A DNA stretch of 64,000 nt. Source: Hydrolagus colliei. Taxonomy: Eukaryota. Location: contig CM068742.1 of assembly GCA_035084275.1 (NCBI GenBank), forward strand, positions 154,752,001 through 154,816,000, given 5' to 3'. Below are positions 49,639 through 62,766 of this stretch, piece by piece. The position numbers and the translations under genes were made by a program. The notes beneath the pieces were generated by a model. The model made no database searches and had not been told where the DNA came from. It saw only the letters and a program-made list of their open reading frames with translations. Each line of letters opens with the position of its first letter. The stretch's first letter is position 1.

Positions 49639-50938
49639 CTGTCAGAGATACAACAGTCAGTACCTTCTCCGGCTCTCTTCAGCTTCCACTTTGCCACATT
49701 TTCCCTTGTCCTGTCCACATTCCCCTGATATGCCAGCCACCTCCACTCCCTCAAGACACAGTGATGCATTTTTGCCAAACACACGTGGTTCGTCAAATAT
49801 TTCCATGCGAGGTCCCATCCTCCACTCAAAGACACTCCACTCTCACTACATATCTCAGTTGCTTATAGCAACTCCCATCAGAGATACACTTACCTACTTT
49901 ATGGACCCCAATTGCATGCATGCCTCTATGCCCCCACCCTCTGGAACTCCATTTCACAGTCCCTAACCTCCTTCAAGAGCAATCTCAAGATTCCTCCTCC
50001 TCAACAATGCCTTGCGTCACCCTCCTACCTTTCCCCGTACCTCCACCCTGTTGAACCCAACCACCAGCTCAAGTGCAGTTCCCTATCCAGCATCATTGGA
50101 TGTCCTCCTGATTTGAAAGGCACTATATAAATTTGTTGATAAGGGACAGGCAAAATATTTGCACTTTTGTTGTTGTTTGTACGATAAGAATATTTATACT
50201 GTATATATTTACATGGAATATTTTAAGAGCTCTAAGTTGCTACCCTGAATTGAGGGGACTGCACAAGTCAAAATTGTTGTTGTACCCCCTCCTCTAGGCC
50301 ACCTCTCCTTTCCTCATTGGTCCTCCGATTTTTCTTTTCCAAATACAATGTTAAAAACCTTTAAAACTAGTGGTTTGGTTAAACCCAGCAGGCAGGCTCA
50401 CTTGGCACAATTGCCTCTAAAATTCTCCCAAACTCCTACAAGCTGATTGTGACTGTCCTCTATGGGAGGGGATGCATAGGTGGAGTTTCTTTGGGTTTGA
50501 GCTGGCTACAAAGGACAACATCAACAAGAAATTACATTTACATAGAGCCTTTCAAGTTGGTGGGATGTCCCAAGGCACTGACAAGTGATGTACATATTCA
50601 TAATTGAATCAAATCCACCCTCCGAGTTCTAGACAACAATAACAACAACTTTGACTAGTTCATGAGCCAGGAAGGTCCACAGTACTCCATTGGAGTGCTG
50701 ATGACAGCCCAGCCAGGCTGATTGGCAGGGCTTGTAGCAGTCACTGTTAGCAAGATTCTTCCCATTTGGCTCCTGCTAAGTGACATACATATGTGGATGC
50801 TCTTAATTATTGAGGATGTCACACACCCAAAGCCAGAGGTGAGGGGAACACTGACTGAGCCAGGCTGAGACCCAGCAACAGGTTATTGAAATCATGGTGT
50901 GAAAATTGTGGCATCTCTAATCGAGACCGAACAGTTAC

Positions 50939-51000
50939 CATCTCCTGCAGGCAGTTGAGGTTGAACCATGTCATTGTTAACAACCGGATCCATTTGATGA
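50939..51000 (-). CDS. Gene D cytoplasmic exon 2 (SHQMDPVVNNDMVQPQLPAGD)
   Basis: 62 nt, phase 2-1, AG/GTAACT; homologous to 12084-12145. Confidence 0.85.
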
Positions 51001-51829
51001 CTAAAAAAAATGAAAACTTATTATATTTAACATTTTATAGAGGATAGAAGATAAAATCGTATTCAGAATCCTTACATTTGGTGCAGTGTCCTTCATATAT
51101 ATATGAAGGACACTGCACATATATATAATATGTCCTTCTATATCAGGAGGACGTCATCCACAGGATTTACTGTAAAGTGTATTATCAGAGTATTTTATGA
51201 AAATGCACCATTAAATTTATTAAGGGGATTATTGGCCAGGGCACCAGGAGAAACCCTCTTTTCTGTCCAAGCCTTGACATGGAGTCCTGTAGTTCAGGGG
51301 TTAAGCACTCACCTCGCAATTAAGAAACCTGGGTTTGATTCCTAGCAAGGTGAAACCTTGGGCAAGTTTCCTTACTTCTTATTGAGACTCATAGATTTTT
51401 TTTTAAATAGAGGGATTAGGAGATATGGGGATAGGGCAGGTAATTAGAATTAGGTCAGAAGATCAGCCATGATCTTATCGAATGGTGGGGCAGGATCGAG
51501 GGGGCGAATGGCCTACTCCTGCTCCTAATTCTTATGTTCTCACTCACATAGCTGATTATAATCCCTCAAAAAGAAAATAAATAAATTGGCCCCTTCTGTT
51601 TGTGAACTGCTCTGCACAATTGGCTGCTGCATTTTCTCCACTAAAATACAGTATATTCTGTGAAGCACTGTGAGATGTCTAGAAGAATTGAAAAAGCTCC
51701 ATATCAAATGCAATAATTATTATTATTACATGTGTTCATGGCCACAGCATTATGTGCAGTTCTGGGCAGCTCAGGAAGAATATAAAAGAAATAGACAAGG
51801 GCCAGCGAAGAATCAAGAAGAGTAAATTG

Positions 51830-52340
51830 CATTTACACAGCATCTTTCATGTATTACGTCCAGGCTCGAATATGCCAATGGCCCACTTGTCGCCTGCCAC
51901 AATTTCTCCCTCCATCGGCTGTAGATCATCCAGAACCAGGATGGTTCTACATCTACCACACCAGGCTCAACAAACACCCCCATTCTTTCCCTACTCCACT
52001 GGCTTCCCATCATACAGAGGATTCAATTCAAGACCTGGGTCCTCAAGTTCAAAGCATCACATCCTCATCTCCATGGCCTTGCTTCCCCTACCTCTGCAAC
52101 CTCCTAACATCCGAGCAACCTGTGTACTCTCTCTGCCCAGTAGACTGCAGCCTGCTCCATGTACCCTTATCCACCATCGGTGGGTGAGCTTTCAGTCACT
52201 CTGCCGCCAAACTTTGGAATTCCATCCCACAATCCCTCTGCTTCATCCTCTCCCTTGCCTCCTACAAATCCCGCTTCAACAACCTCTTTTTTGACCCTGT
52301 CATTGGTCACCCTCCTTATTCCCGCCCCCACCCCCCCTTC
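51830..52340 (+). mobile_element. L2 3' fragment
   Basis: LHWLP..RIQFK..AKLWNSIP-like frames. Confidence 0.7.
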
Positions 52341-53640
52341 GTTCCATTCTCCCTAATCCCTCTTAATCTTCTCTGCTCTAGGGAGAATAATCCTAGTTTC
52401 GCTAACTTCTCCTCATAACTAAGTGCTAGGCTACAATTGGCCTCAGCACTGCTTGGGATGTTGAAGGAGAGATTCAAGAAAAACAACAACAAAATTGCAT
52501 TCTTATGAAAAAGAAAATTGGGGAACTGAAAGAAAAGTTGATAGGAAATGTGTAACTTATCATCACAATGTGTAACTTATCATCACATTGTTCTATATTT
52601 TGCAATCAAGCATTGTGTCACACGTCTTTTACCAGTAAGTGCCTAAATATACCCACATGCACATGCTTACTATTTATAATTATAAATGAAGGCAGATGAC
52701 TATCAGATAGCTGATGAGAAAACTGAGAGGTTTTGTATGAGGGCTCCCGTAAAGCATTGCCTCGAGTCCTGGTTTGTGAATATATATTGTGGCCAAAAAA
52801 TATACAGTAAACTCACTTTACAGTATATTCTGTAATATACCCATTGTAAAATAGCCAATTCCAATTGGAGCTACAACTACAAGACATTGCTGCTGCCAGC
52901 ACAGCTAGGGAGAACACAAGGAGACGGAGATGGTGAGAAGATAATCCTTGAACAAGGGCTGCTGAGGCCTTGTTATGCCACTGCTCTGTATGGACCGTGA
53001 ACCACAACTTCCTGATGTGGTGGAGCAGAAAGTGACTAACCCAACAGAAGTTCTCTTTTGCAACAGCATGTCAGTTGTTATTAGGTAATTTTCTCTACTT
53101 TACTTTGCTCTCATACCGCCCTTCTCCATTACTTTTCCAAGTTGGTGAGTATGTACCAATCAGTTAGAGATGGTTGTGTAGTCAACCATGTGTGTGAGAA
53201 TGGGACTATACTGAGAACTCTTCCTACAGACACTATGGGCTTCCAAAAGTCTCCTTGTAGGCACGAGGGGCCAAATTGCCTACATCTGCTCCTACTTCTT
53301 GTGAAAGGCGCTATACAAATGCAATTTGGATATCATTGTTGTATTGTATCCTAAGATATTCTGCCAGATATTACTTTCTAATAGAAGTCTATCTCAAGAT
53401 CCTCTATCAATTTCAAGATCTTTTCATTTGTTTTCAAATATATTCATGCCTATATGAATGGGTTGGCTGCTCCCAACCCATCCGATCTGCTCACCCCCTC
53501 CTCCAATACCCACTGCCTCTGCTTGGCTTGCTCCAGCCTCCTGTTTGTCCCTCGTCCACCCAATTGTATCATCAGTGGAATTGCCTTCTGTCACTACACC
53601 CTAAAAATCTGAAACTTTCTCTCTGAATCACTTCATCTTG

Positions 53641-53680
53641 CCTCCTCCCTCCCTCCCTCCCTCCCTCCCTCCCTCCCTCC
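53641..53680. repeat. (CCCT)n microsatellite
   Basis: Direct tetranucleotide run. Confidence 0.9.
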
Positions 53681-54420
53681 AAATCCTACCTAAAGTTATT
53701 CCTTTTTGATTGTGTTTATGGTCACCTCCATCCTTTCTTTCCACCTGGCTTGGTGTCATGCTCTGCCACTGTCAAGCTCTCTGGGACACTACCCTAAATG
53801 TAGCGCACTATATAAATGCAAGTTGTATCTCAATTGTTCTTGAAACAAATAATATTTTCGATTTTGAGTGAGCAAACTTACCCAAGATTTCTCTTTGAAT
53901 TGAACCCAGTGCTCTCGCTTGTGAGCTGAGTGCTCTTAACTGCTGAGCTACTGGATTCCATATTCTGTGACTCACTTGAACATATGATATGTCAAATGTA
54001 AGGATTATTATAATAATTGGTAAGGAACCAACATCACACAAGAGACCACTGATGTCACTGCCCTTAATAGCATTTTTCTCTGCTGGCTCAATATGTTATC
54101 CATTGAATTTACAGACAAGTATGATTACAGGTTTAAACCCAGAGAAAGTGATCTATCTCATGGCTGTTTGTTGGATTTGAGACATTTTGGACGTGGGGTA
54201 GTAACTAGTGTCTCCGTAAGGATTAATTGGCTCCAAGATGATCCTTGGCAATGGAATATCAGAATCTAGTCCACCTTTTTTGGTGTCTTAGTAGTCCACT
54301 CTCGCCAACCCCACACTCCATTCTCTGCACCCCACTCTCTCCAAGCAATTCCACACAGTCAAATGGCAAGTAGCATTGAAAGTGGATGTAAAAGAAAAAG
54401 GATTATAAAGACACTCTCAC

Positions 54421-54451
54421 CTGTCTGAATGCTGGTGGGAATCTCTGGCAC
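54421..54451 (-). CDS. Gene D cytoplasmic exon 1 (GARDSHQHSD)
   Basis: 31 nt, phase 1-2, AG/GTGAG; homologous to 10700-10730. Confidence 0.85.
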
Positions 54452-54615
54452 CTGAGAGACCAAAGAAAGGTGAGAGATTGCTTTAGCTGGTTTGCTGATA
54501 ACCTTTGTAAGAGCACATGTTATTTTAGTGAAAGACTTGTGGCAAGCTTTCTTCCTCTTGTGTGGTGTAACCATAACCATTACTGTAGCAGGAAGCCAAG
54601 CTCATATCTAAAGAA

Positions 54616-55500
54616 AAACAGAAGTTGCTGGGGAAACTCAGCAGGTCAGGCAGCATCTATGGAGAAAGGAAAGCGAGTCAACGTTTCGGGTCCATGACCC
54701 TTTGTCAGAACTGGGGCTTGTTTGGAGGAAGAGGTTTTTAAGGACGTTAGAGGGAGGGGGGGTGGGAGACAGTATGGAAGACAAATGAGACAAAGAAGAC
54801 AAAGATAAAAGAGTGTGTTAACTGATGGGTTGAAAATGTGATAACGATGTACGGGGGAGAAACAAAAGGGAGTGGGTTTAAACGAAACTGGGGAGAAGAG
54901 GTGTTTAGTGGTGATAGAACAAACAAAACACCAGAGAGGCAGGGGGTGTCTGGGGTTATGATTGTGATGGGGGTGGGGGGGGGGAAACTCCTATGGCCTG
55001 AAATGGCTGAAATCAATGTTGAGGCCAGACGGCTGTAGTGTCCCCAGTAGATAGATGAGGTGCTGTTCCTCAAGCTTTCGCTGTGGATCACTGGATCAGC
55101 GCAGGAGACCATGGATCGAAAGATCTGCCTCTGAATGTGAGCGCAAGTTGAAATGGAGGGAGACTGGAAGATCAGGGTTGACCTTCTGTACAGAGCAAAG
55201 ATGCTCTGCAAATCAATCAATCTCAAATCAATCTCCAATATGTGCTTAGTCTCCCCAATGTAGAGGAGACCACATTGTGAGCAGCGGATGCAATACACTA
55301 CATTGGTGGTAGTACACGTGAACCGCTGTCTCACATGGAAGCTATGTTTTGGTCCCTGGAGAGTGGAGCACCACCAGCTGCTTTCCTTCCTCTGGCACCT
55401 TCCCATGCCAGCGCAGGAGATGTAATACCTGCCCTTTCACCTCCACCCAAACCACTCTCCAGAGACCAAAACATCTCCACTCCGGTCTTCAAGATGTGAA
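54616..55500 (-). mobile_element. Penelope-like element 3' part: GIY-YIG endonuclease remnant, terminal repeat and inverted 5' piece
   Basis: RFTCTTTNVVYCIRCSQCGLLYIGET (-); GTFPCQRRRCNTCPF on + in the inverted segment; terminal repeat at 54616-54712. Confidence 0.85.
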
Positions 55501-55738
55501 TCTGGAAGATGCAATTTGTTGTTCTCATTGTTGCATGTGGAAAATGGGACCCTCTAACAACATGGTTCACAGGGTCTATGGATACTCACTGTGGAGATAT
55601 GCAGCATTATACAGTAATTGGAATTAAAGGTAAATGGAGCTCACTGCAGCAGATTATTTGCTGAGCCAGGAGTGTGAGCGTGAGCAGCTAAGATGGACGC
55701 ACTGAGAATAATTACTCCCTTTGTCTGTAAACACCTAC

Positions 55739-56116
55739 CTCTTTTTACCCACCAGATAATGAAAGCAGTCAGCAGAATGAACAGCATCGCAATGGAGACA
55801 CCAACAAATACCATACTGTATTCCATACTACCACTCTGTGTTCCAGGAGCGAGGATGTCTCGGGTGTCATTGCCCTGTATGTTCTTAGCTACACAGCGGT
55901 AAGTTCCCCTCAGCTTCAGGCCCCAGATCTTCCCCACGGTTAGATGCTTGTCTGGTACATGTGTGACTGGTGTGTGGCTGGTGTTGACGGGCAGCGTGTT
56001 ATTCTGGGGGTCGATCCATGTGATGGTGGCCAGCGGTTCCCCCTCAGCCGTGCACACGATGCCACCTCCGGCTCCATCACCGGCCACGAGGGACAGATTC
56101 AGGATGACGGCCGGAG
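55739..56116 (-). CDS. SIGLEC15-like: Gene D C2 + uncharged TM exon
   Basis: Acceptor tttctttacaaAG, donor G|GTAGGT; 378 nt, phase 1-1. Encodes CTAEGEPLATITW..YRCVAKN; TM MVFVGVSIAMLFILLTAFIIWWV-KR. Confidence 0.92.
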
Positions 56117-56789
56117 CTTTGTAAAGAAACACAGAGTTATTCTAACCAAACAACTTTTCACTTTATGTCTGTGCTGGTGTCTGCTCCCCACTGAGCTCTC
56201 TTCTCTAACCCCATTCCCTGCTCTCTCTCTCCCCTTCGTGTCTGTGCTAGTGCTCACTCTTCAGTGGAGCTCCCTATGCTAACTCCATTCTTTCCTTGTA
56301 TATGTTGATATTCTTTATAACTTTCCTCTCCAAATTCCTTTTTAATATTTCTTTATTTTAAAATCTTTTTTATTATCCTCGTCTATTTTGTGGAGTTTCT
56401 TTAGGCATTTGATAATAAGAAGCATGTAAATCTAAAATGTCTAAAACATCAACGTTTTATAAATTTGACAATCACAAGAACACAAGAGATGAAGAAAGCC
56501 CTTCAGACCATTTTATCTCAACTTTCCCCACCCCTCCACCCCACTGTATATTCTGTGAAGTGCTTTGAGACTTCTCATAGACATGATAATAATAATAATC
56601 CTTGCATTTGATATAGTGCTTCTCACATCTTCTAGATGTCACAAAGCGCTTCACAGAATACACTATAAAGTGAATTGATTGTATATTTGTGGGTGAAACA
56701 AGACAGACAATTGTGCACACTAGTTTCCCACAATCAATCATGGACTGAAATGAACAATTTATTATTATTTTCATCAGGCACTATATCAA

Positions 56790-57460
56790 ATATAATGATT
56801 ATTATTACAGGAGGAAGTTCTTCAGGGAAGATCTGAAAATGAAGAATGAGAGGGCGCCAATGGCGGAGGGATTAAGGAAGAGAGTTCCAAAGCTTTGCGG
56901 TTGAGTTGCTGAAAGTCAATGGTGGAGAGAAGAAGACAAGGAAAAAGCAGAAAGCCAGAGCCAACAGAGCAGAAGTGGGGGGTGGTGGAGTGGTGGAGCA
57001 GGTCAGAAAGGTAGAAAGGTGCCAGGCGTATAGGGATTTGTAGATAAGTGTGAAGATCTTTGAAGTCAATCTGTTCTGTGTAGGGAGTCAGTGAGGACTG
57101 ATGTGATGGGGGTCCAGTATTTATAGCAGGTGGCAGAGTTCTGAATCATTTGGAATTTGTGGATAGTGGAGCTGTGGAGACCACTCAGGATTACGGTAGA
57201 TGAGGTGGGAGGTGATGCAAGTGTAGACAAGTGCATTGGGAGTCAAGTAATGTTGACACAACCAAAGTAACTCGTGAAGAAAAGTGGTCTTAGCTAGGGA
57301 CGGGATGTGGAGTAGCAAGAACAGCTGGGTTCGAACCTGGCTGGTTCGATAACTCTTAGGAAAGGCCTGGGAGGTTGAGGAGGACAGTTGCAGCAAAGAG
57401 CATGTTAATGGGAGCCAAGGAGTATGGCTTCCATCTTATCGACTTTCAACTGTGGGAAGT
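56790..57460 (-). mobile_element. L2 3' fragment in the gene D V2-C2 intron
   Basis: DFKIFTLIYKSL..AKLWNSLP frame. Confidence 0.7.
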
Positions 57461-58340
57461 TTGTGCACAGAACTCGCTGGTTGCTGGTATCAGAAATCAC
57501 TGAAGTAAATCAGTAAGTCCCATGCCCTTTACTGACGGGAAACTAAATAATGCTCTTCTGATGGCTGTTCAGCTACTGGGATGGTAATCAATCTGTTACC
57601 ATCTGGCCGTGTGATTCAGCCTTACCTGTTTTATTGTGGTCAATGGATAGAAATGTTGAGATCATGGGATTAGATTCATGGAGTAGCCAGATATCTAACA
57701 GACAAAGAAGCCCATTGTGTTACCTGGGTCTCCATACTAAACGGTTGAGAGTTCCACCAATTTTCTATTTGAATAGTATGGTTCTGCACTGTCTCCCACT
57801 CTCTCCACCATTGACTTTCAGCAATGTCTCTTATGGGATCTCCTAGGAGGAACACCCCAAAGCTCAAGGTTTGGAGAGCCCAGATCATGCCTTGAGAAAG
57901 CTCCTGGAGTTTAACCAGGTTTAAAGAGATTCAAATAGCAAATGTAATAATCAAATGTGATTAATAAAATAATAATGAAATAATAAATGTAATAATTTAG
58001 AATACAACAGTACAATAGAACAAGAGGCACTGTAATGCCTTCATTCAAATCAATCCTGTTATCTTTTGAAGAAAACTCATTGCTTGTCATTGAAGGCACT
58101 GATCGGCAAGCTTTCGGCTGCCTGTAGAGCTGGGAGCGCCTTACACGTGAAGAATTTAACAAGAGATAAGCGGGAAGACACCCTGCCCACACTAACCAAC
58201 TAAAGTTCCTGCTGGACTATAGTGCATTTCTTATCATTAACACGTGAGGAACAGGGTAAGGAATGAGACAAATCTTGTTTGTAATGATGCGCAAGTGAAC
58301 ATTGACCTTCCATGTCCCTCAGAGACAAGAGATTTCTTAC

Positions 58341-58724
58341 CAACAACCTGCAGCCGTGACATGTCCTGTGTCACCTGGTCTTTTTGTTGTTCATCATCGA
58401 TAAACATGACGTGTACGTGACAGAAATACTGGTCGGTGTCGTTTAACTCCAGGTCCCTGATCCTCAGGGAAGCGTCTCCATCCCTCACATTCCCAACCAG
58501 GTTATAGCGATTTCCTTCATTCACTGTCTCTGACTCCCTGGGATTGGAGCGAGCGGCGAGGTCAAGAGAGTCATTAGTAACTGGCTGCCCTTGTAGCCTC
58601 CCTCTCCTCCAAATCACTGTGACTGTGGCACGATTCTGGTATGTCTGGGGCCTGGTGAAGGAGCAGGGCAGTGTGGCATCACCTCCCTTGGTACCATTCA
58701 CTGATGGGAGCTTCTCTTCATGAC
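58341..58724 (-). CDS. SIGLEC15-like: Gene D V2 exon (paralog of gene A V exon, FCHVH)
   Basis: Acceptor ttcctgtctcAG, donor G|GTAAGA; 384 nt, phase 1-1. About 20 of 128 residues differ from gene A V. Confidence 0.92.
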
Positions 58725-59403
58725 CTGAGACAGGAACAGGATTGGAATAGTGCAGAGCAGTCAGTGAGACACATACATGTTACACACTGTGAAATCCTGT
58801 ATATTGTTATCTATCTTTCATGACATCCTGTCCCACATGCCTGTGTTCCTCACTCACCCTCTCTGAGCATATGTCAGCACAGTGTCTCACACACAAACCC
58901 TAGTTTATAACAGAACGACAGCAGGTGTAATGAGGATTTTAAAGATGGTTTACTCAGATCAAGGACCCACAAAGCCTATGAACAGAATAACCAATTCACA
59001 TGGAAGATGTTCCTTGAGAAAATTCTTTCTCTTTTCCTTTTGTGTGGTAAATCAGGTGTCTGATATGCTATTAAGAGAATGTATGGCAGAGTCAGAGTTC
59101 CAAATATGTATCACTTACACCTGGAAATTTTCGTTTATTTGCAATGGAATGTGCACTCTATCCTTGTCGGGACAGAGGCTTACCTAATTCCAGAGAGTTT
59201 TATAAGCAAGTTGGTAATTGCCAAGTACTCGAGATCTCAGATTGTATATTGGGAGTAATTCCTGGAGATTAATCAGATTCAACTGCCTAGTTTATTATTG
59301 AGAATATTGTCTGGCAAATTTCCATCTCAGTCAATAGGTTTAGTAGGAGCTGAGTGGGAATATTCCTGGACTCACTGGTCTGCCACTCCAATCCTGGCAT
59401 TGA

Positions 59404-59887
59404 TTTACTAGGATGGTGCCAGGATTGAGGGACTTCAGCTATGAGGAGAGGCTAGATAGGCTAGGGTTATTCTCTCTGGAGCAGAGAAGATTGAGGGGAG
59501 ACCTAATAGAGGTTTATAAGATCATGAGGGGTTTCGACAGGGCAAATAGAGAAAAACTATTTCCACTCGTGGGTGAATCTGTGACTCGTGGTCACAGATT
59601 TAAAATAGTTTCAAGGCGCAGTAGAGGGGAGCTGAGGAGAAATTTTTTCACTCAGCGAGTTGTTCGAATCTGGAATGCATTGCCTGAAAAGGTGGTGGAG
59701 GCTGATTCGATAACAACTTTTAAAAGGGAATTAGATCTTTATTTAGGAAGAACGGGTCTATTAGGCTATGGGGAGCGGGCAGGGCAATGGGATTGAATCG
59801 CTCTTTTCAAAGAGCCGGCACAGACTAGATGGGCCGAATGGCCTCCTTTTGTGCCGTAAAATTCTATGATTCTATGATTCTATGATT
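59404..59887 (+). mobile_element. Young CR1 3' fragment
   Basis: ORF 59413-59796 differs by 2 residues from the C-terminus of ORF 2924-4291; full (attctatg) tail. Confidence 0.95.
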
Positions 59888-60229
59888 GAGCTAGACAGGT
59901 TGGTCTGTCATCAACAACAGCAACAACATTTGTAGAGTGCCTTTCACATTGGGAGGATGTCCCTGGACATGAGCAGTACACTGGAATACTACATGCCCAA
60001 CTGGCTCAGGAACCAGGCTAGAGACCACCACAGCGGGTTGACTCAATTCTGATATTCTATTGCCTGGTACTTTATACTGACAATTCACATTTGGTTGGAG
60101 GCCGGAGGTCACAGACATAGAGGCTAGCAAGGCTTTGAAAGGGCTTTGAAGGTGAGGACCAGGATCTTGAACTGTAGTCTCTGTGTTATGGGAACCTGGT
60201 GGAGTCAGGTGATGATAATAATCATAATA

Positions 60230-60545
60230 ATATTGATAATCCTTGCATTTGAATATAGCAGCTTTCACATCTTCTAGAAATCTCAATGCGCATCATAGAA
60301 TATACTGTAAAGTGAATTGACTGTATATTTTGTGGGTGAAACGTGGCAGCCATTGCGTACAGCAGTGTCCCAAAACGCAGCAGCCACAAACAGCATACCA
60401 CAAACAGTCATGGAATTAAATTACTAATTTTTTTTAGGTATTATTACTATTAGTTGTGTGCAGTAAGGATACTTGCTCAAGGTTTTGCCCTAATTGCACC
60501 CAGGCATCTCGCTTGTAAGGCGAGTGCTCCAACCACTGAGGTACG
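60230..60545 (-). mobile_element. tRNA-derived SINE
   Basis: Shared head, body and tail on the - strand. Confidence 0.75.
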
Positions 60546-61400
60546 GGACTTCACATGGACAATGGGGCGGTGATAGGGTCATGAAGTGGGAGATGACACT
60601 GCCTATGAAGGGAGAAATTGAGGTGGTTGACGAGCATGGAGTTTACATAATCAAGTATGGATACTATGAATGTGTGGATGAGTGTCTCGCCAGCCTGCAG
60701 TGTGAGACAGTTGCAGAACGGGCGATGTTGTGGAGGTGGGGAAAGGCAGAGTGGATCATGCATGAGTGTGGGGTGGAGAGGATAATTGGGGTTCAAAAAA
60801 GATGCCAAGATTCCGGACAGGCTTAGTGAGATGCAATACGCATCCATGGATGGTGATACTGCCAGCGCTTGAGGTGTGGAGACATTGATGGGAGACAATC
60901 AAGAGGGCCTCGGTGTTGTTGATGTTCAACTGTAGAAACTTTCATGCAGGACCTGATGTCTGACAGACACACTGTCAGGATAACAGTGGTCCTAGAGTTG
61001 AGGGTGGATGCAGAGAGATAGAGTTGGCTGTCATCCATATATATGTGGAAGTTGACCCCCATATAAGTAGATGATGTCACCAAGAGGGAATGGGTATTGA
61101 AGAGAAGGGACCAAGGACAGAACCCTGAGGAATGCTACAAGGTGGTGGAGGGGCTAGAAGAGAAACCATTTGTGGAGATAAAGTGCTGCCATATTGCTGG
61201 GGTGTCAGCAGCAGATGCTTATACAATGTTTTGGGTGCTTGACAGGCATGCCCTGACCACCAGGCAAGGAAGAGGTGGGAGGGGGAGGAGGACTGTACAT
61301 CAAATAAGGTCCTGTAAAGCTGCTTTCACCCGCTTGCAAGCAGGTTCCAATAGAGTCATGGAGGCTGAGGGACAGGTGGCCATCGGTGTGTTTGAAGAGG
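60546..61400 (-). mobile_element. Degenerate L2 RT remnant
   Basis: GVNFHIYMDDSQLYLS (ORF 60823-61083). Confidence 0.8.
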
Positions 61401-62034
61401 AACGGGTGCTCAAACCAGCATTTGTTCTCTTTGCTCCACCGGGTATGGCCTCCTCCATGTCCCCCGAATCCTCCGCTCCATCCTTGGCTGCCATGCTTTC
61501 AGCCACTATGCCCCGAAGAGAAGGGACCAAGGACAGAACCCTGAGGAATGCTACAAGGCTCTGCAACTCCCTTCCTCACTCCCTTCCCCTCGCCCCCTCT
61601 ATTCCCAGTTTCAGGTCCGAGCTAAAGACATTTATCTTCGACCGCACCTTTGGTCACCTTTCTACCCCTGCCCCTGGCTCGGTCCCTGGGATCCATTGTT
61701 GTGAAGTGCTCTGAGACGTCATCCAGCATGGAGGGCGCTGTAAAAATTGAAGTTGTTGTTGTTGAAAAGGTAGGATTTGTTGAGACATGAAGGTAGGGAT
61801 GAGTAAGAGTGGTAGAGGGATGGAGTTCCAGTAGTTAGCGACATAGAAACTGAAGGCTTGGCCAATGCTGTGGTGTGGAGAGGAAGGGGAATATGGAGCA
61901 AGCCAACAGCAACTGAGGTGAGTGGAGAAGTTTGGAGAGCTAAGGAGGTACTGGAATTGGATGGACTTGTAATTGACGATGGTCAATTACATCAGTAATT
62001 GGGATGCCACTCCCCAGCACCAGCCAATAGGAAA

Positions 62035-62636
62035 CTAGCTGCTGCAACTGTATAGGGCTCTGGTGACACTGCACCTAGAGTATTGTGTGCAGTTTTGGTC
62101 TCCTTATTTAAAAAAGGACATACTTGCCTTAGAGGGGGTGCAGCGTAGATTCACTAGGTTAGATTCTGGGATGAGGGGACATGACCTATGAGGATAGGTT
62201 GAATAAACTAGGGCTGTACTCTATAGAAGAATTACAGAAGAATTATGGGGGATCTTATTGAAACATATAAGATTCTTAAAGGGCTAGATAAAGTAGGCAC
62301 TGAGGAACTGTTTCCCCTGGTAGGAGAATCTATAACCAGGGGTCACAGTCTTAAAATTAAGGGTCAGCCTTTTAGAACAGAGTTGAGGAAACATTTCTTC
62401 ACTCAGAGGGCAGTGAATTTATGGAATTCACTCCCCCAGAAGGCTGTAGATGCTCAGTCCTTGAACATTTTCAAGGCTGAGACTGATCGATTTTAAAAAA
62501 ATAGAAGGATAAGGGAATATGGGGATAGGGCAGGTAATCAGAGTTAGGTGAGAAGATCAGCCATGATATTATTGAATGGTGGAGCAGGCTCGAGGGGCCG
62601 AATGGCCTACTCCTGCTCCTAATTCTTATGTTCTTA
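62035..62636 (+). mobile_element. CR1 3' fragment in the gene D V1-V2 intron
   Basis: GDLIETYKILKGLDKV..FFTQRAVNLWNSLP. Confidence 0.9.
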
Positions 62637-62766
62637 TGCTCATCATCACCTTCCTTCACTGGGAACACTCGCTTCCTATTGCCCATCCTGGGATGGGATA
62701 TGTCCCACTGACTCCGGCACCAGTGAGGATCATCACGTCTCATTCCCACTTCCCATCGTTCCTCAC

